Part shown: piece by piece, positions 58,887-64,000 of the stretch | How the letters are laid out: each line of letters starts with the position of its first letter | Position numbering within the stretch: position 1 is the first letter of the stretch | From: Bdellovibrio sp. | GTDB taxonomy: Bacteria > Bdellovibrionota > Bdellovibrionia > Bdellovibrionales > Bdellovibrionaceae | Length of the DNA stretch: 64,000 bases | Assembly: GCA_036676395.1 (NCBI GenBank) | Contig: JAKFCY010000002.1 | Span: forward strand, 192,001-256,000 | Direction: 5' to 3' | The notes under the pieces: generated by a model | What the model was told of the DNA's origin: nothing | Databases searched by the model: none | The model's input: only the letters and a program-made list of their open reading frames with translations | Position numbers and translations under genes: made by a program

Positions 58887-60617
58887 TTAATCTTTTAACA
58901 GATAATTGAAAAAAGCAACGATCCCTAATACGCCTGCAGCGATGTAGCCGATCACGCTAAATGCCGGCATATCAGCGATCAACCACATTCCAGGAATGTT
59001 TCCAGACATAGCGTAGATCATCGAGCTAGCCAGAATTAACGACGCGATAATTACGCCTAAAAATAATAAGTGAAATGAATTCGAAATCGTTTTTTGTAAA
59101 TGCGGTAAACCATCAAGCTGGATTTTCGTGTGATAATCCGGCGAATTCATTTTTCTCATGATTAAATTAAGCTGTCTTGGAAGCGCGCTTAAAAATGTTT
59201 TTGATTCGCGAAACAGAAGACTTGCTTCATTGGCCATTTTCACAGGTTGAAAGAAGCTTTGGGCCACTTCGCCCACTTGTGAAAGCGTAAAGGCTAAGAA
59301 ATCAAAGTCTTTAGAAATTTTAGAACCTAAACCTTCAATTGAAATGATAGATTTAAAAAACAACATCATTTCAGTCGGTACAACTAACCCCTGAGAAGCG
59401 GCGATGCCTGCTGAAGCCATTAAGATCTTACCCGCATTTACATTCTTAAGAGTTAGTCCGTAGTAAGGTGCAATAACTGCCTGTAGATCTTTAGCAAACA
59501 GATCGACGTTCACATTTTCAGAGAACGGTGCAAGATCAACATATTCGTAGGCCAGGCGCGTGTAGTCTTCTTTTGAAAGAGCTAAAAGCATATTTACAAT
59601 TGCTGACTGGGTTTTTGAATTTAAACGGCCAACGACGCCGAAATCGATCAAGCCGATTTTATCATCAGGCATGATAAAGAAGTTTCCGGCGTGCAGATCG
59701 CCGTGAAAGAAGCCGTCGATAAAAACCATCTTTAAATAAGCTTTTAAACCCTTTTTGATCACATCATCAGGATTAATGCCTAAGGCTTGCAGAGATTCAA
59801 CTTTACTTAAGGGTTTACCTTTAAGTTCTTCCATCACTAACACGCGCTCGGTGGTCATCTCGAAATAAACTTTCGGAATCACCATGGTCGCATCATCTTT
59901 AAAGTTTTCTTTGATGCGGCGAATGTTATTAGCTTCAACCACGAAATTAGTTTCAAGTTCTAAGGTTTTAAAATATTCATCCACCATCGCCACAGGATTA
60001 AAAGAGCGGGTTTCGGGAATATATTTTTCTAAAAGCTCAGCAATAAAATAAAGAACATTTAAATCATCATTAATTTTTTGCACAATGCCGGGGCGTTGGA
60101 TCTTTAAGACGACGTGATCGCCGTTAATCATTGTGGCTTTGTGAACTTGCGCGATACTAGCTGCGCCAATTGGTTTTTCGTCGACAGATTGGAATTTAGT
60201 TTTCCAGTGCGCACCGAATTCTTCAACTAATACGCTTTCGATGGTTTTAAAATCTAATTCTTGCACTTGATCATGCAATAAAGACATCTCTTGAATGTAA
60301 TCATCAGGAACCAAATCAGGACGTGTTGCTAAAAGCTGGCCGAATTTAACAAATGTAGGCCCCAATTCTTCAAAACTTAAACGTAAACGTTGTGGAATCG
60401 TCAGAAGCTCTTTTTCTTCTGACGATTTGTTGTTTGATGAAAGGAAGCTATCTAGATTTAGCTTTTCTACCAGGTTTCGTAGGCCGTGCTTTGCGAACAC
60501 CCCGAGAATCGTCCGAAGACGAGTCACGTTTTTTAGAGTCTTGCCTATTTGAAGAGAACTTATCGCCAGACTTTGCTTTGGCCGGTCCGTTCTTCTTGTG
60601 TGATGAGTGGTTGTCAT
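58887..60617 (-). CDS. UbiB/ABC1 atypical kinase
   Basis: 'LGPTFVKFGQLL.TRPDL', 'AASIAQVH', 'K.QRP', 'FFHGDLH.GN', 'DFG'; start codon uncertain. Confidence 0.9.
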   Translation of the reverse strand: MTTTHHTRRTDRPKQSLAISSLQIGKTLKNVTRLRTILGVFAKHGLRNLVEKLNLDSFLSSNNKSSEEKELLTIPQRLRLSFEELGPTFVKFGQLLATRPDLVPDDYIQEMSLLHDQVQELDFKTIESVLVEEFGAHWKTKFQSVDEKPIGAASIAQVHKATMINGDHVVLKIQRPGIVQKINDDLNVLYFIAELLEKYIPETRSFNPVAMVDEYFKTLELETNFVVEANNIRRIKENFKDDATMVIPKVYFEMTTERVLVMEELKGKPLSKVESLQALGINPDDVIKKGLKAYLKMVFIDGFFHGDLHAGNFFIMPDDKIGLIDFGVVGRLNSKTQSAIVNMLLALSKEDYTRLAYEYVDLAPFSENVNVDLFAKDLQAVIAPYYGLTLKNVNAGKILMASAGIAASQGLVVPTEMMLFFKSIISIEGLGSKISKDFDFLAFTLSQVGEVAQSFFQPVKMANEASLLFRESKTFLSALPRQLNLIMRKMNSPDYHTKIQLDGLPHLQKTISNSFHLLFLGVIIASLILASSMIYAMSGNIPGMWLIADMPAFSVIGYIAAGVLGIVAFFNYLLKD

Positions 60618-62991
60618 CTTTGTTGCTTCCTTTTTTTGCCATTTGATCTAGGTAATCAGATAAATTTGCATATCTCGGGCGAATCACTTGTTGGCCACCT
60701 GGTGTAGCTGGTTTTTCACCACGATCATCAGCCGGAGCTGATGGTTTAAAACGAGTTTCGTGTTTTTGAATCGCCTGCATTTTTTGAGACTTCGCTGGTT
60801 GATGGCCAGAGCTTCGCCCTGGTCTGAAATCATCGCCGCGTTTTCCTGCAGCAGGTTTTTCTTTTTGAAAGCTCGGAAATTTTTTATCTGTTTTAGCAAA
60901 ACGATCGCCGCCTTTTTCAGGACGACCAGATCTGTCAGGCCTGTCTGACTTTTCAGAGCGGTCATTGCGTCCGCCTCTATGGCCAGATTTTTTAAAGTCG
61001 TCTTTACCGCGAGCATATTTCGAATTGTTTTTTCTGCCCGTAGCTTTAGACTCGGTAGCGCCTTCTAAAAGAAAGTTAACTTGGCCACTTTCGATATCTG
61101 TTGAACTAACGGTAACACGTACGCGATCACCTAAGTTGTAACTTGCGCCTGAACGTTTAGCGACCAAGCGAAGATTTTCTTCGTCGAATTCCCAGTTGTC
61201 TCCACCTAGATCATCAAGGCGAATTAAACCATCAATATTATATTCGCGAAGTAATACGAATACGCCAAACTTAGTGACTGAACTGATCATGCCATCAAAA
61301 GTTTGTCCGACTAAACGTTTCATAAAGCGGGCTTTTTTGATGGCTTGAATCTGGCGTTCAGCTTTTGCCGAACGTTGTTCGCAGGCAGATAGCCAAGTTC
61401 CAGCAGTTTGAATATCTTCATCGGCCATTAAACGATATCCGCCCGGAGCACCGATAATGTTTTTAAGCAGTCGGTGAACGATTAAATCCGGATAACGACG
61501 AATTGGTGAAGTAAAGTGAGTGTAGAAATCAAACCCTAAACCGAAGTGACCAATATTTTCTAAAGTGTAACGGGCTTGGCTCATCGAACGTAAAGTTAAC
61601 ATATGAATCACTTGGGCTTGCGCTTCGTTTGTAAACTCATGCAAAGCTTTCGTTAATTTTTTTTGTAAACGATCGCCTGATAAATGAGTTTGTGCGCCGA
61701 AACTGTTCATGAACTTTTCAAGCATGGCAATTTTTAATGGATCGGGTGGTTCATGCGTTCTAAAGATCGCTGGAATATCTTTTTTGCCAAATTCTTTTGC
61801 CACAGCCACGTTGGCCGCTAACATCATTTCTTCAATCAAACGATGTGCAAATAAACGTTCTGATTTAATCACATCAACTGGTTCGCCCGTGCCATCAATC
61901 ACTAATTCAGTTTCAGGCACTTCTAAATCAAGTGAACCTTCTTTAAAACGTTTAGCCATTAAGACTTTAGCTAAATCTGCACAGCGCATGATGTTTTCTT
62001 TTACGTGCGCAAACTTTTTATGAGTTTCGCTATCGCCTTCAGGGTTATCGACAATTTCTTGCGCCTGACCGTAAGTCACACGCGCTTTACTTTCAATCAC
62101 ACCTTCGTAGAACGAAGACTCTGTCATCACGCCGGTAAAATCAAAGTGCATGTCGGCGACTAAAGCTAGGCGCGGAACATGAGGGTTTAGCGAACATAAT
62201 CCGTTTGATAAAGCTTCTGGTAACATCGGAATCACGAAATTCGGAAAATAACATGAAGTTCCGCGCTCGTAAGCATCTTTATCCATAGAAGTGCCAGGTT
62301 TTACGTAATGACTGACATCGGCGATCGCTACGATTAAATGAAATCCACGCCCATCCATATCCACATGAACAGCATCATCGAAATCTTTTGCGGTAGCTCC
62401 ATCTATAGTAATGATATTGATATTGCGAATATCTTTACGGCCTTCGAAATCTTTTTCAGTAGGATTTGTAGAATACTTTTTGGCTTCTTCTAAAGTTGCA
62501 GGTGCGAACTCTTCAGGAATGTTTTGCGCTATTACAACACGTTTAATATCGTTTAAGGCATCTTGGATATCGCCGATGATTTCAACGACTTCGCCCATGA
62601 ATTCACCTTTATCAGGGTATTCAGTGATACGGGCTACAACTAATTCGCCCTTTTTAGCTTTTAAAGACTTATCTAGGGGTATTTTTAGATCTTTTCCCCA
62701 GCCTTTGCCTTCATCTTTAATCATTCCGAAACGTTCGTTCCAGATGGTAAACGCTCCGGCGATTTTTTTCTGAGAGCGATCATTGATATTCATGATTTCA
62801 CCGCGAAAACGGCCATCACGTTCTTTTTCAGCCGTGATTGAAACTTTATCGTTGGTCATTGCGGTTTTCATAGCTTGGGCAGGAATAAAAACATCGGGAT
62901 GTTCTACATCTTCTGGAATAAAGAAGCCAAAGCCGTCGGGGTGTCGTTTGATTGTACCGTGCAGAAGACGGGGAACACTTTTGTTTTTCAT
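60448..62991 (-). CDS. rnr: Ribonuclease R
   Basis: CSD 'H.DGFGF', 'TIDG..AKDFDDA', 'HFTSPIRRYPDL.VHR', S1 domain, long basic tail. Confidence 0.93.
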   Translation of the reverse strand: MKNKSVPRLLHGTIKRHPDGFGFFIPEDVEHPDVFIPAQAMKTAMTNDKVSITAEKERDGRFRGEIMNINDRSQKKIAGAFTIWNERFGMIKDEGKGWGKDLKIPLDKSLKAKKGELVVARITEYPDKGEFMGEVVEIIGDIQDALNDIKRVVIAQNIPEEFAPATLEEAKKYSTNPTEKDFEGRKDIRNINIITIDGATAKDFDDAVHVDMDGRGFHLIVAIADVSHYVKPGTSMDKDAYERGTSCYFPNFVIPMLPEALSNGLCSLNPHVPRLALVADMHFDFTGVMTESSFYEGVIESKARVTYGQAQEIVDNPEGDSETHKKFAHVKENIMRCADLAKVLMAKRFKEGSLDLEVPETELVIDGTGEPVDVIKSERLFAHRLIEEMMLAANVAVAKEFGKKDIPAIFRTHEPPDPLKIAMLEKFMNSFGAQTHLSGDRLQKKLTKALHEFTNEAQAQVIHMLTLRSMSQARYTLENIGHFGLGFDFYTHFTSPIRRYPDLIVHRLLKNIIGAPGGYRLMADEDIQTAGTWLSACEQRSAKAERQIQAIKKARFMKRLVGQTFDGMISSVTKFGVFVLLREYNIDGLIRLDDLGGDNWEFDEENLRLVAKRSGASYNLGDRVRVTVSSTDIESGQVNFLLEGATESKATGRKNNSKYARGKDDFKKSGHRGGRNDRSEKSDRPDRSGRPEKGGDRFAKTDKKFPSFQKEKPAAGKRGDDFRPGRSSGHQPAKSQKMQAIQKHETRFKPSAPADDRGEKPATPGGQQVIRPRYANLSDYLDQMAKKGSNKDDNHSSHKKNGPAKAKSGDKFSSNRQDSKKRDSSSDDSRGVRKARPTKPGRKAKSR

Positions 62992-63596
62992 TATATTGTT
63001 AATACTCGCTTTCAGCTAAATAAAGTCTAACGCCTATATATAGACAGCTCCAACAAAAAACCTGAACCCCTCAGAGGCAAGCAAAACATAAAAAATGAAG
63101 ATAAAAGAATATTTCTGGGGCGTAGAAAGCCCATCGCAATTTGGCGAGCACCGTGTAAAAGCCAAATTCAGAAAGAATTCCTAGACCATTGTCCTGAAAA
63201 TAACACAGCGCAATCGCCGCAGCACAAAAAAGTCAGATTGAAACATAATCATTGTTTCGTTACGTGAAAAAAATCGCCCGAATAAAGAGCAATTGCTCTA
63301 CAACAAAAATTATTGATTAAACAAGATTTTCAGAGACAAAAGTCTGTGTCTATTGTGAAAAAATCGAACAGTAAAAACTAGGCATTTTAGCAAAAAATTT
63401 TTTTTGACCCACGGATTACAATTGATGCAACAAAACCACAAAGCGCGAGATTTTAAACACCTTTATCTACGCTAGACTTTGATCTCAAAACTTTTCCCGT
63501 TGCGCAGGACCAACGACCTTATTACGATTACCTTATAAGTTTAGAAAAAAATTAGCGTTTTATAACGAAACGATATTAACGAAAGGGACAACAACA

Positions 63597-64000
63597 ATGA
63601 AACAACTATTAGTAATAGCAATTGCTTTAGCTTCAACTAACGCATTCGCATCTCGCGCGAGAGTTCAATCTTTAGGAAACTCTGCACACATCACAGATAC
63701 ACAATCGGTATACTCGAACCCAGCAAAAATGTTTTTAATGGGCGACTTTGTTAACCTAGAATCAGGTGCACAAACTACGACTACTCAAAATGCAAATGCT
63801 GAAGGTTTATTAGTGCGCTCTATGGGCGATGCTAAAGCTGGTCTTTCTTTAGGCCACAAATCTGAAAATGCTTCTGCTTTCGGTTTAAGAGCTTTATTAG
63901 TTGGTGGTGCTGGTGCTCCATTAGCAACTATGAACGTATTAGTTGAACAACAAAATCCATTAGAATTATCTTACGGTATGAAATCTGGCGATATGACTTG
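63597..64000 (+). CDS. Major outer-membrane protein (Bd0427/PopA-like), truncated by the window end
   Basis: Not in the ORF track; open from ATG 63597 to the end: MKQLLVIAIALASTNAFA-SRARVQSLGNSAH...AEG...EQQNPLELSYGMK; mature N-terminus resembles the Bdellovibrio major OMP as I recall it. Confidence 0.7.
   Translation, partial: MKQLLVIAIALASTNAFASRARVQSLGNSAHITDTQSVYSNPAKMFLMGDFVNLESGAQTTTTQNANAEGLLVRSMGDAKAGLSLGHKSENASAFGLRALLVGGAGAPLATMNVLVEQQNPLELSYGMKSGDMT

Noticed and set aside
63060..63200. Possible c-di-GMP riboswitch / merRNA-like element
   Set aside because: The GEMM core (GGCAAACC..GAAA..GGGACGCAAAGC) is not recognisable

Overview
AT-rich bacterial chromosomal window, very likely from a predatory Bdellovibrionota (Bdellovibrio/Pseudobdellovibrio-like). 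The assignment rests on my recognition of a Bd3459/Bd0816-type PBP4, a Bd0427/PopA-type major outer-membrane protein, a TTAC-N3-GTAA LexA box and many secreted trypsin-like proteases. Most of the window is densely packed core genes (oxyR, lexA, ung, dppABC, icd, a shikimate/menaquinone cluster, pip, add, transketolase, pcnB, mutY, speB, msrA, ubiB, rnr) interspersed with secreted hydrolases. No rRNA, tRNA, CRISPR array or transposase was seen. The main unexplained signal is a pair of ~300-330 nt intergenic elements (12607-12940 and 22557-22861). They share little sequence but have the same RNA architecture: 5' hairpin, Shine-Dalgarno sequestered in a stem, a 36-40 codon basic/hydrophobic micro-ORF missed by the ORF track, and 5'-3' long-range pairing with G-U covariation. 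They are candidate members of an undescribed type I toxin-antitoxin-like family. The second candidate system is an exported amidohydrolase/deaminase next to a lipoprotein with tandem uracil-DNA-glycosylase-like folds. All product calls come from motif recognition by eye; no searches were run.
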